Shown piece after piece: positions 31,013 through 42,749 of a DNA stretch of 64,000 nucleotides. How positions within the stretch are numbered: the stretch's first letter is position 1; every line of letters begins with the position of its first letter. The notes below the pieces were generated by a model that worked only from the letters and a program-made list of their open reading frames with translations, was not told where the DNA came from and made no database searches. This DNA comes from Myxococcota bacterium (GTDB lineage: Bacteria > Myxococcota_A > SURF-8), in assembly GCA_965140415.1 (NCBI GenBank), contig OZ223209.1:2048001-2112000 (forward strand). The letters run 5' to 3'. The translations under genes and the position numbers were made by a program.

Positions 31013-31102
31013 ATAATGTGAGAATTGTCAAACTTTGTTCTTGTAATAATTGAAAATCGGCAATACGATTTAGCTAGTGATAACAGAGCGAAAGAACGAG
31101 TT

Positions 31103-31969
31103 ATGCGTATAGGCAAGAAACTATTGAGTGTGTATGAGTTTACGGATTGCGTTGACTTCCTTCTTGCGACTTATCATGCTCGACACAACGAAGACCCGGA
31201 TTTCTCGTATCGCTACCTTCAAAAACGAGCGGGCTATTCAAGCAACAGCAATCATTTCTGGCAAATCCTGACGCGGCGCATGGAACTGAGTCAACAGGCC
31301 GCCAGGCGTTATGCCAAGGCCCTGGGGTTATCGGCACGTGAGCGGCAGTTCTTTGCGATCATGGCGTTGATGAACCAGGCCAAAACCGATGAAGACCGAA
31401 ACCAATACTACCAGCAGCTTAGACAATTTTCAGAGTTCAAGAACCGGGCGCATGGCGTGGACCTTCGTTATGAATACTACGAGAAGTGGTATTACCCGGC
31501 TTTACGCGCGCTGGTGACCTTGGATGGATTCAAGGAAGAAGCAGGCTGGATGGCGCGTCAGCTTTGCCCGGCGATTACCGCCAAGCAGGCTTCCGACGGG
31601 ATCGAGCGATTGTTGAAATGGGGGTTTCTCGTTCGGGACGAGCAAGGAAGATTGCAACAGGCGGACCCGTTTATTGGCAGTGTGGCTGATCGGGCCGATG
31701 ATGGCGTAGCGAAACTGGCGTTGCATAACTATCACAGGCGCATGATCGAATTGGGTTCGGAAGCCATCGAATCATTTTCCCAGAAGCAGCGCTATGTGGC
31801 GGGAGCGACTCTGGCGCTTTCGAAACGGCAGGTGGAAGAAATACGAAAAGTGACCGAGCGCTACCTTGAAGAAGTGAATGCCCTGGTGGCGGAAGAGGAG
31901 CCGATCGAAGCGGTGTATCGCTTGAATGTGCAACTTTTCCCGCTGGCTGGAATAAAGAAAACAAAATGA
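31103..31969 (+). CDS. TIGR02147-family (DUF4423-like) putative DNA-binding protein
   Basis: FSYRYLQKRAGYSS HTH-like N-terminus, YYEKWYYPALRALV and C-terminal VYRLNVQLFPL. Confidence 0.88.
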   Translation: MRIGKKLLSVYEFTDCVDFLLATYHARHNEDPDFSYRYLQKRAGYSSNSNHFWQILTRRMELSQQAARRYAKALGLSARERQFFAIMALMNQAKTDEDRNQYYQQLRQFSEFKNRAHGVDLRYEYYEKWYYPALRALVTLDGFKEEAGWMARQLCPAITAKQASDGIERLLKWGFLVRDEQGRLQQADPFIGSVADRADDGVAKLALHNYHRRMIELGSEAIESFSQKQRYVAGATLALSKRQVEEIRKVTERYLEEVNALVAEEEPIEAVYRLNVQLFPLAGIKKTK

Positions 31970-32011
31970 AGACGAATTCGCCTATAATTCAATAGTAGTA
32001 GGAGAAACAAG

Positions 32012-34180
32012 ATGAAACGAAAAAACGTCCATAACATCGGAATGTGGTTATTGCTGTTGTTGTTATTGGGACTTTCTGCCTGTTCCAGCGGAGGGGATGT
32101 CGAGTTTACGGACGGCGACATTGATTCCAGTTCAGATGGCGACACGGAATCCATTACAGACGGCGATACGAATGAAAATGCTGAACTCGGCATCGTTTAC
32201 TATGAATGCGGTAACGGTTCCAACGACGGCAACCCGAAAAAGATCGATATCGTCCTGCGTCTGGCGGACTTTGCTCCTTCCGAGCAAGCTGTTCAGTGGG
32301 AACAGGTTTTAGTGACGCTTCATAAGGTGATTTTGCAGGATGTGGAACATTGTGGGACTCAGCAAGGAGAAAGCCTGGAACCCCAGCAGGGAGATGTACG
32401 GCTGGACATGGCTACGGAAGAAAAAGAAGGACTACGCTTGTATCCCGATGGGACGCAGTATTGCAGCCTTCGACTGGATATGAAGGATTATTTCTCTTTT
32501 GAAGCGCGGGGGAGAACGCCGGATGGGGCGGGAGTCTCGATCGTTGGGACTTTGCCCGATGTGGTGTTTCAACTACCCGATGCACAACTGTTCCAAACGG
32601 ATCTCGAAAGCTGGTTGCTCCTGCTCGATTCCCGTTTCATCATGCCGCTCTCAGATTTGGAGGGTGCACATCAGGGAACAGACGGCTGGTACCGCTTCAA
32701 TTCTGAATCGAACGTGGTGTGGATGGAGAAGGTGGTCGAGCGTATCGCCCAGGGCTTCATGCTGGTTCGCGATCTGGATGAGGATGGCGAGTTGGACGAA
32801 GAAGAGAATACGGGAGAGAATATCCTTTATGATGGGCGCAATCAACAATGGATGCAGAGTCCCGAAATTCAGGTGCAAAGCGAAGTCAATTTCGGTGCAG
32901 TGGACGTTGGTTTGATGGCATCGAGGGAACTTGAGATCATCAATGTCGGAGAAGGAATGTTAACAATTTACGGAATGGAAATATCGCCATCTGAAAGCGG
33001 CGAGTTTTACATTGCCTACGAATCGTCACAACCGCTGATTCCGAATATCCCACCAAACGAATATGAAATCGTTACGATTCATTTAATACCTGTGAGGCCC
33101 GGACATCATGAAGCCGATTTGGTGATCGCTAGCAACGATCCGAACCAGCCACTTACCCACGTGCGCTTGCATAATGAATGCAAGGGTTTGAGTGATGTCG
33201 TAGTGTCTCCCTCTTCGGTCGATTTTGGTTCGGTGGCAATTGGAAATGAAGTTTCTCGACGCATCGAGCTGATGAATTACAGCTCGGACATGTGCACCGA
33301 TCTTAGGATAGACGGCTTTTCCATCGAACCGGAAGGTGTGTTCGAGGTTGTGAATGCTGATGCCATCGGTATGACTCTAGAGCCCTTTGCTTCCACGTTC
33401 GCAGATATCCGTTATCGTCCAACTCAACTCGGAGAAGACAGCGCAGTGCTGACGATTTCCTATTACAGTGACGGTCAGACCCGTCAGGAAACGGTCCCAC
33501 TTTCCGGCCAAGGGGGGCAGGGATGCTTGGCAATGGCTCCTGCCTTTCTCGAATTCGGTCATGTCGCGATTCGAGACACGAAAAATCTACAGCTTGAGTT
33601 GTCGAATCCATGCGCTGAAGCATTGACTTTCTGCGGATTCAGCGTGGGTGATCTGACTCCTGGGATGGGTGTCATTGACATCCAGGACTCCAATGGTCTG
33701 GCAAATTCGGTGTTGCAGCCTGCCGAAAGCGGAGTGATCCAGGTGAGTTGTACACCCTACATTTCAGAAGAAATCCAGACCGACATCTCGATTTGCATCG
33801 AGAACGATGCGAATTCCCCCTACAAGGTTCCGGTAACCTGCAATGGTGTCAGCGGACTCGTAACAACACCAGACTCGCTTGATTTCGGCACAGTGTCGAT
33901 AGCTGCGACAAAAACGATGGCTTTTACAATTCGAAATGTGGGTGATGGTAATGTTACGATCCACAGTATTGCTTTGGAAGAGCAGCTTCAGACGTCTTCT
34001 TTCAGCATTCAATTTTCCTCTGAACTGCCGTTCGTGCTCGCTAGCGGTGAATCTGAAACAGTAGAGGTTAGGTTCGCTCCTGTGGATGGACTCTTGCATG
34101 AAAACCAGGTGGTCATCTTGTCTAACGATTCGGAGCATCCCATCCTTCGAGTGCCGGTGAAAGCCCAGGGTGGTAACTAA
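32012..34180 (+). CDS. Surface lipoprotein with four choice-of-anchor-D/ASH-type Ig-like domains
   Basis: Lipobox LSAC, DGD tether and EF-hand-like DLDEDGELD. Four repeats begin VNFGAV, VDFGSV, LEFGHV and LDFGTV. Confidence 0.8.
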   Translation: MKRKNVHNIGMWLLLLLLLGLSACSSGGDVEFTDGDIDSSSDGDTESITDGDTNENAELGIVYYECGNGSNDGNPKKIDIVLRLADFAPSEQAVQWEQVLVTLHKVILQDVEHCGTQQGESLEPQQGDVRLDMATEEKEGLRLYPDGTQYCSLRLDMKDYFSFEARGRTPDGAGVSIVGTLPDVVFQLPDAQLFQTDLESWLLLLDSRFIMPLSDLEGAHQGTDGWYRFNSESNVVWMEKVVERIAQGFMLVRDLDEDGELDEEENTGENILYDGRNQQWMQSPEIQVQSEVNFGAVDVGLMASRELEIINVGEGMLTIYGMEISPSESGEFYIAYESSQPLIPNIPPNEYEIVTIHLIPVRPGHHEADLVIASNDPNQPLTHVRLHNECKGLSDVVVSPSSVDFGSVAIGNEVSRRIELMNYSSDMCTDLRIDGFSIEPEGVFEVVNADAIGMTLEPFASTFADIRYRPTQLGEDSAVLTISYYSDGQTRQETVPLSGQGGQGCLAMAPAFLEFGHVAIRDTKNLQLELSNPCAEALTFCGFSVGDLTPGMGVIDIQDSNGLANSVLQPAESGVIQVSCTPYISEEIQTDISICIENDANSPYKVPVTCNGVSGLVTTPDSLDFGTVSIAATKTMAFTIRNVGDGNVTIHSIALEEQLQTSSFSIQFSSELPFVLASGESETVEVRFAPVDGLLHENQVVILSNDSEHPILRVPVKAQGGN

Positions 34181-34316
34181 ACATTCAACTAAAACCTCTG
34201 TTCTTTTCCAACTTATAATGCCGATTCCTCTTGACGCCGGGCCGAACTCTGTTTACGTTTTGTTAGGATTCTGTTAGGAAACGATGAGCTTGCCCTGGTT
34301 GTATGGAGGTATTGGG

Positions 34317-36020
34317 ATGGAAATTTGGATAAAGTCGTGTGTTTTCTGTGCGTTAGTAATCCTGCTCGGATTCGGAGTGGTAGCCTGTTCCGACGATGAG
34401 CAGGATTTTTTTGGTGACATGGAATACGAAGACGGTGATGGCGATATCGATGGCGACAGTGATATGGAGACCGTGCCGCAATTGGTAGCTGTGACGACAG
34501 TCAGCAGAACGCTGGTGCCTGTTGAAGAGCTGGAAGATGGTTTGTGCGCGGAACCGGAAGACAAGCTTTATTGCGAAAATCCGGCGGTATCCCTGCAAGA
34601 TCTGACACCATATGAAAATGTGGGCATGGGCGAATGGGAGGAAGCAGAAGGTCTTCCATTCACGTTATACGAGGATCTGGTAGACACCTCTGCCGACGAC
34701 AGATCTCCTCGTTCTCTGCTCGTCTGGGCACAACTTTCCGATGTTCACATCACCGATGAAGAGTCTCCGATTCGCATCGGTCTCTTCGACAATCAATCCG
34801 CACCGGGTGGTTTGCGCACGCAAGATCCTTACTCCCTGCATCTATTGGATGCCGCAGTCAATACGATCAATGCATTTAACGAAATCCATCCCATCGATCT
34901 CGTCATGGTGACCGGCGATATCAGTGACAGCATGCAGAAAAATGAAATCGAGAACGCAATCGCAGTGCTTACGGGAGGTCCGGTCGATCCCGACAGCGGC
35001 GCGGATGACGATCCAGTTGCGGGAGAGGGAAACGATCCGCAAGATCCGTTTACGGCTGTCGGTTTGGGTGAAATTCCCTTGTTGACGGTGCTGGGAAATC
35101 ATGACGAGGCGATTATCGGTACCACGGCGCTTTCCGATGGCGCCATCGAAGATGCGATGGGCGACAACGCCAAAGGCGGCACGCGAAATGGCCAGAGCTA
35201 TGAATTGGTTACGGGCGAGGTCGTGGCGGATGCCGAGCGCAAGCCGTTACTGCATAATGAACTCATTCAGGCTTTCTATAACGCGCCCGGATTGCCGCAA
35301 GGACATGGTTTTTCGGACCAACATGCCGACGACGACCAAGGCTACTTCGTCTATGATCCCAGCGAGGATGTCCCGCTACGCATTATCGCGTTGGACACTG
35401 GTTATCGTCCGCAGCCTTGGGGGCCGGAAGGTCAACTTAGCTATGCGGAAGGAGTGCTGGATCGCGTGCAGATCGATGATTTCCTGATTCCGGAATTGGA
35501 TCGTGCACAAGAAGAAAAGAAACTGGTTTTCGTCGTTGCACATCATCCGTTAGGCGATATCGGCGACGATGGTTTCCCTGAGCGCTATGCCAAGGGCGAT
35601 GAAGTGGAAAATATCCTGTTCGAATATCCGAACGTTGTGTTGTATCTGGCAGGACATCGACACGAGAACGATATGATCGTGCACGCCAATCCGGACGGCG
35701 GCGGATTTTTCGAAGTGCATACGGCTTCGTTGATCGATTGGCCGCAGCAGTTCCGGATGTTCGAACTGGCTGATAATGGTGACGGAACGCTGTCTGTGTT
35801 CTCGGCGGCAGTCGATCACCAGGAAGAGGTTGGGTCATTCGCAGAAACGGCGCGCCGCCTGTCGCTGATCGACATTCAGTCGGGTTGGGGAGAAGGTGAC
35901 GCCGGTATGCCGGAAGTGGGCAACGTCGAACTCGTCTGGCCGATTCCAGCCGCACTACAAGACAGCATCGCGCAGTGTCCTGCCGCATCGGACACCATGA
36001 TGTCTCAGCAGGTTTGGTAG
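34317..36020 (+). CDS. Calcineurin-like metallophosphoesterase lipoprotein
   Basis: Lipobox VVAC; SDVHITDEESP, TGD, GNHD, HHP and GHRH motifs. Confidence 0.88.
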   Translation: MEIWIKSCVFCALVILLGFGVVACSDDEQDFFGDMEYEDGDGDIDGDSDMETVPQLVAVTTVSRTLVPVEELEDGLCAEPEDKLYCENPAVSLQDLTPYENVGMGEWEEAEGLPFTLYEDLVDTSADDRSPRSLLVWAQLSDVHITDEESPIRIGLFDNQSAPGGLRTQDPYSLHLLDAAVNTINAFNEIHPIDLVMVTGDISDSMQKNEIENAIAVLTGGPVDPDSGADDDPVAGEGNDPQDPFTAVGLGEIPLLTVLGNHDEAIIGTTALSDGAIEDAMGDNAKGGTRNGQSYELVTGEVVADAERKPLLHNELIQAFYNAPGLPQGHGFSDQHADDDQGYFVYDPSEDVPLRIIALDTGYRPQPWGPEGQLSYAEGVLDRVQIDDFLIPELDRAQEEKKLVFVVAHHPLGDIGDDGFPERYAKGDEVENILFEYPNVVLYLAGHRHENDMIVHANPDGGGFFEVHTASLIDWPQQFRMFELADNGDGTLSVFSAAVDHQEEVGSFAETARRLSLIDIQSGWGEGDAGMPEVGNVELVWPIPAALQDSIAQCPAASDTMMSQQVW

Positions 36021-36041
36021 AGTTTTACGAAACTGAAACGG

Positions 36042-38476
<2,435 letters not shown>

Positions 38477-38480
<4 letters not shown>

Positions 38481-39673
38481 AGCGATTCTGGTTCCTCGGG
38501 GATTTTTTGTCTGCGAGGGAAGAAGTCCAGGTAATAGTTGATCAGCCGACGCGCCAGCTTTTCCGCCGAATACAATTCGCTGACCCGACGGGCTTCCGCG
38601 CTGGCCTTTTCCAGATCCAGTTCCAGTGCTTTGCTCAGCGCCTTCTTCAGTTCGCTGCTTCCCGCCTGCTGGAACAAAACCGAGCAGCCCGGCGACAGCA
38701 CTTCCGGAATCGCTCCCACCGCAGGAGCGACCAGAGGTTTGCCAAAGCTCAACGCCAGCATCATCGAACCGGAGTTGAGCACGTCTTTAAAGGGCATCAC
38801 GAAAATATCTGCTGCCTGGAGGTAATATTGCAAATCGTCGCGGGAGACGTAGCGCAGGAACGTGTGAACGTTGTCGTACTGGGCGCATAACCCTTCGATA
38901 GTTGCAGCATAGTGCTTGTTGGACGGGTTGCCCGCAACGATCAGTGTATGTTCCTTCAACGGATGTTTTCCGAATAGGGGGATTACGTCGGTCAGTCCTT
39001 TGTATGGGTGAATTCCGCCGAAGCAGATAAAAACTTTCCCCTTTGGACGGATACCCAGGTAGTCCCAGGCTTGCCGTTTGGAAACCTGTTTCGGGAAATA
39101 CCCCTGGAAATTGTGATGCGGCAGGTGCACCACTTTCCAGTCCGGCAGTGTGGGATAGCGTTCCAACAGCAGGTTACGGGTTGTGTTGGACGGGCAGAGG
39201 ATTTTATCTGCCTGATGGAACATCATCTTGCGTCCCAACCGCTCCAGTCGCTGGCTGCTGAAGTTTCCTTTCGGCTCATTGTAGAGTGTCCAGAAAAGCT
39301 TCATCCCCATTTTTTTGGCAACGGTCAGATTGAAGAAGCGTTTGGCGAAGTGTTCGGCCTGGTGCAGCATCTCCGGCGATGCAAAGGGGCTGGTATATTC
39401 CTCGATGTTGAAGATATGCAGAATATCGTGTTTGGGTGCCAGTCGCAGCAGTTCGCCACTGTCCAGGCTGTGCAGCATCGTGACTTTGCCGCCCAGGTTT
39501 TCGATCTGATCGCGAGTTACAACAAGGAATGGATTCTGCTCGGCAGCCGGGTACATCAGTACGCGCACTACGGGACGCTGACTGCGCAGTACAGCCACCT
39601 TTTCTCGAAACCAGTTGTTGACTTTGATCAAACTTTGAACGGTTTCGGTTTTGCTTTTCCGATGGTTTGTCAT
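38477..39673 (-). CDS. Glycosyltransferase, GT-B/family 4-like
   Basis: FGGIHPYKGL and ADIFVMPF..VLNSGSMMLALSFGKP. Confidence 0.85.
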
Positions 39674-39693
39674 CGTCCACTTCCAGTCACAGG

Positions 39694-41685
39694 CTATAGT
39701 TCACGGCAGAGGTGGTACCCCTGCTGGATGGCATTAAAGGCATCTCGTACGGATACCGCATCACCAACCGTGATGGTGGTTCCACTGAAATCTTTCGCGA
39801 AATCCTCCAAAGGATTATAGGACGACATGCCTGCCGCCAGCACCACGGTGTCTGCTTTGAGCCGCTGTTCTCCATTCTGGGTTTCCAGAATCAGTTCGTT
39901 ATTTTCATAACCGATTGCCTTGGCATCGGTAATCGTTTCAACGCCGGTCTCACCGATTTCTTTAATGGCTACCCATTTGGTTGATTTTCCAATGCCGTTT
40001 CCGACCTTGGAGAGCATCTCGACGATGGTGACCTTTTTCGTTCCGTGCCAGAGCATGTCTCGAATGATCGCCGGATCTTCGGCGTTATGCTTCAACAAGA
40101 AGGCGGCGGTATCCGATGAGATGGTGCCCATGTGCGCCACCATCAACGCCGTTTCAACTCCGATAGGACCACCGCCGATGATCGCGACCTGATCTCCCAG
40201 TGAAGCGCGATTTTCCAGTACGTCGATGGCTGAAACCACGCGATCCTCGGGTAATCCGGGAATCGTCAAGTGAATCGGTTTCGCGCCTGTAGCGATGATC
40301 AGCACATCCGGTGAAAACGCTTCGATTTCCGCCGGGGTGGCTTCTTTGTTAAGAAGAATCTTCACTCCCATGCTTTCCGCCTGGTGTGCCAGGCCAGGAA
40401 TCATTCCTGCCCATTCTTCTTTGTCGGGAATCGTCAGGCAGGCCAGAATCTGGCCACCCAACTGTTCGCGTTTCTCCATCAGCGTGACCTGATGACCGCG
40501 TTCGGCGGCGGTGATCGCCGCAGACAATCCACCGGGACCACCACCCACGACCAGCACTTTCTTGGCAGTGGCAGCAGGGGTTACCGGGTTGGCTTCGTGA
40601 CCGGCACGGGGATTGACCATGCAGGATACCTGCTTCAATTCGAATACTTTATCCAGGCAGCCCTGGTTGCAGGCGATGCAGTGAATGATGGCGTCGCTTT
40701 CGCCGCGTTCGGCTTTTTGCGGCCAGTAAGGATCGGAAATAAGCGAGCGGCCCAGGCTGATCATGTCGCACCAGCCTTCGGAAATCAGTCGTTCGGCCAA
40801 TTCAGGGGTCGTAATGCGATTCGCTGCGGCGACCGGCGTTTTGACCTGGCGCTTGATGTTCCGTGCCAGATAGGCATAGCCTGCGTTTGGCAGCGCACCC
40901 GTAATCTGCGGAATACGCGACTCGTGCCAGCCGCCGGTGACGTTGTACATGGCCACGCCGATTTCGCTCAGCATAGCGGCAAAGCGAGCATTTTCCTTAT
41001 TGGTATTGCTGTCAGGAACGAAATCATTTCCGGCCAGGCGCACGCCCACCGGGAAATCGGGACCGACTTCCTTCATGACCGCCTGCACGACTTCCAGACC
41101 GAAGCGCGCCCGGTTTTCGAAGGAGCCGCCGTATTCGTCGGTGCGTTGATTGGTCAGCGGCGAAAGGAACTGGTTGACCAGATATCCGGCGGAGCAGATC
41201 ACCTCGACGATGTCGAAACCGGCTTCTTTGGCGCGACGGGCGGCGTCTGCGAAATGCTGGACGGTCTGCTTGATTTCATCGATCGTCATCTCCCGCGACA
41301 TTTCTCGGGTAAGGGGACTCATCGTGGCCGAGGCGGATGGTGCTGGTTTGCCGCCGGTGAAGAAACTGTAAGTGTAGCGCCCGGCGTGATACAATTGCGT
41401 ACCGCAGTAGGCTCCCTCTTCGTGAATGGCGGCGGTCAGTTTTTTTAAGCCGTCGATAAATTTATCGTGATTCAGACCGATCATGAATTCGGCTCCGGCT
41501 TCCGGATCGATGGGGCAGCCGCCAACGATAATCAGTCCTACACCGCCTTTGGCGCGTAAACGGTAGAATTCAACCAGTGTGTCGTTAGCGAAGCCGTCCG
41601 GGGTGAAATTCATGTGCATGGCGGGCATCACGATGCGATTGCGCAGAGTCAGCGGACCAACATTTATCGGCGAAAACAGTTTCAT
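39694..41685 (-). CDS. fadH: 2,4-dienoyl-CoA reductase (NADPH) / NADH:flavin oxidoreductase
   Basis: OYE barrel (GYLVNQFLSP, NQRTDEYGGS, GWHESRIP), CIACNQGCLD...CMVNP and GGGPGG. Confidence 0.88.
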   Translation of the reverse strand: MKLFSPINVGPLTLRNRIVMPAMHMNFTPDGFANDTLVEFYRLRAKGGVGLIIVGGCPIDPEAGAEFMIGLNHDKFIDGLKKLTAAIHEEGAYCGTQLYHAGRYTYSFFTGGKPAPSASATMSPLTREMSREMTIDEIKQTVQHFADAARRAKEAGFDIVEVICSAGYLVNQFLSPLTNQRTDEYGGSFENRARFGLEVVQAVMKEVGPDFPVGVRLAGNDFVPDSNTNKENARFAAMLSEIGVAMYNVTGGWHESRIPQITGALPNAGYAYLARNIKRQVKTPVAAANRITTPELAERLISEGWCDMISLGRSLISDPYWPQKAERGESDAIIHCIACNQGCLDKVFELKQVSCMVNPRAGHEANPVTPAATAKKVLVVGGGPGGLSAAITAAERGHQVTLMEKREQLGGQILACLTIPDKEEWAGMIPGLAHQAESMGVKILLNKEATPAEIEAFSPDVLIIATGAKPIHLTIPGLPEDRVVSAIDVLENRASLGDQVAIIGGGPIGVETALMVAHMGTISSDTAAFLLKHNAEDPAIIRDMLWHGTKKVTIVEMLSKVGNGIGKSTKWVAIKEIGETGVETITDAKAIGYENNELILETQNGEQRLKADTVVLAAGMSSYNPLEDFAKDFSGTTITVGDAVSVRDAFNAIQQGYHLCREL

Positions 41686-42026
41686 ATAACGTCATCCTTC
41701 GAAGCAGGGGTTAGACATAATTACTTCACGAAACCTACCATAGCCGAAGTGGAAAGTAAAGATTGCGACTGCACCTTCCAGGGCCATGTTTCCCTTCCTT
41801 TCGAGGTGATTATTGACTGTTTCAAGCTCGACTTGCAAGGTCTTTATGGCAGTTCGAAAGACAAGTTCACAGCGGAAAGGTTTTTGAGGTTTCAAATCGG
41901 TGCGCGTGGTTTGCTTTCCTTTTAGGCTTTGGCTATAGTTCACACGAAGGAGACCTGTTTCGAATGAGAGTCTGGTGATTCGAGACGATCCGAGAGACTT
42001 GGAGTTCAACTGGGAAGGAGCGATTG

Positions 42027-42749
42027 GTGAAACTTTATTTGAAAGTGGATCACGTAGCGGGTATGCGATCCGCCGGTGGCGGACGAGAGCCGGAGCCTGC
42101 CGTGGCGGCGGCATTGGCCGAATTGGAAGGGATCGAGGGCGTCACCATTCATCTGCATTCCGATCGGGCTTACGTTAAACTGCGTGATATCCAAGTGCTC
42201 AAAGAAACGCTTTCGGTTCCCCTGAACCTTGAATTGGCTGCCAGCAATAAAAACCGCGAGCATGCCTTCGATTTGCGTCCGCAGTCCGTGACCTTGGTGC
42301 AGGAACCGAAAGACGTTAAATCCGATCGCTGGCCGCTGGATGGCAAGGAACGGGAACCGGTTGGGGCCTTTGTTTCCGCACTTAAAGAAGCGGATATCCT
42401 CCCCGGTTTGTTGGTAAAACCTTCCATCGATGCCGTTCGTTGGGCGCATAAAGTCGGGGCGGCGGTGGCGGTTATCGATACGGTTCCGTTTACACAGGCG
42501 AAAACCAGAAAAGAACAGGAAGACCAGTACCGGCGACTTTCGGACTGCGTCCGCTTGTGCACTAAATTGGGAATGGAGCCGCATGCCGGAGGCGGCATCG
42601 ACTATCGGAATATCCAGTATGTTGCCAAGTTGCCGTTTGTCGCGCTGCACGTCGGGCACGCCATTGTGGCCCGCTCGTTATTGGTCGGCATCCGCGAAGC
42701 GGTGTCGGATATGCTTTCGTTAATGGAACGTGCGAGGATTCGGTCATGA
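42027..42749 (+). CDS. pdxJ: Pyridoxine 5'-phosphate synthase homolog with degenerate catalytic residues
   Basis: VDHVA, TIHL, LNLE and VGHAIVAR motifs; length and position before nnr-tsaE fit pdxJ. Confidence 0.8.
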   Translation: MKLYLKVDHVAGMRSAGGGREPEPAVAAALAELEGIEGVTIHLHSDRAYVKLRDIQVLKETLSVPLNLELAASNKNREHAFDLRPQSVTLVQEPKDVKSDRWPLDGKEREPVGAFVSALKEADILPGLLVKPSIDAVRWAHKVGAAVAVIDTVPFTQAKTRKEQEDQYRRLSDCVRLCTKLGMEPHAGGGIDYRNIQYVAKLPFVALHVGHAIVARSLLVGIREAVSDMLSLMERARIRS

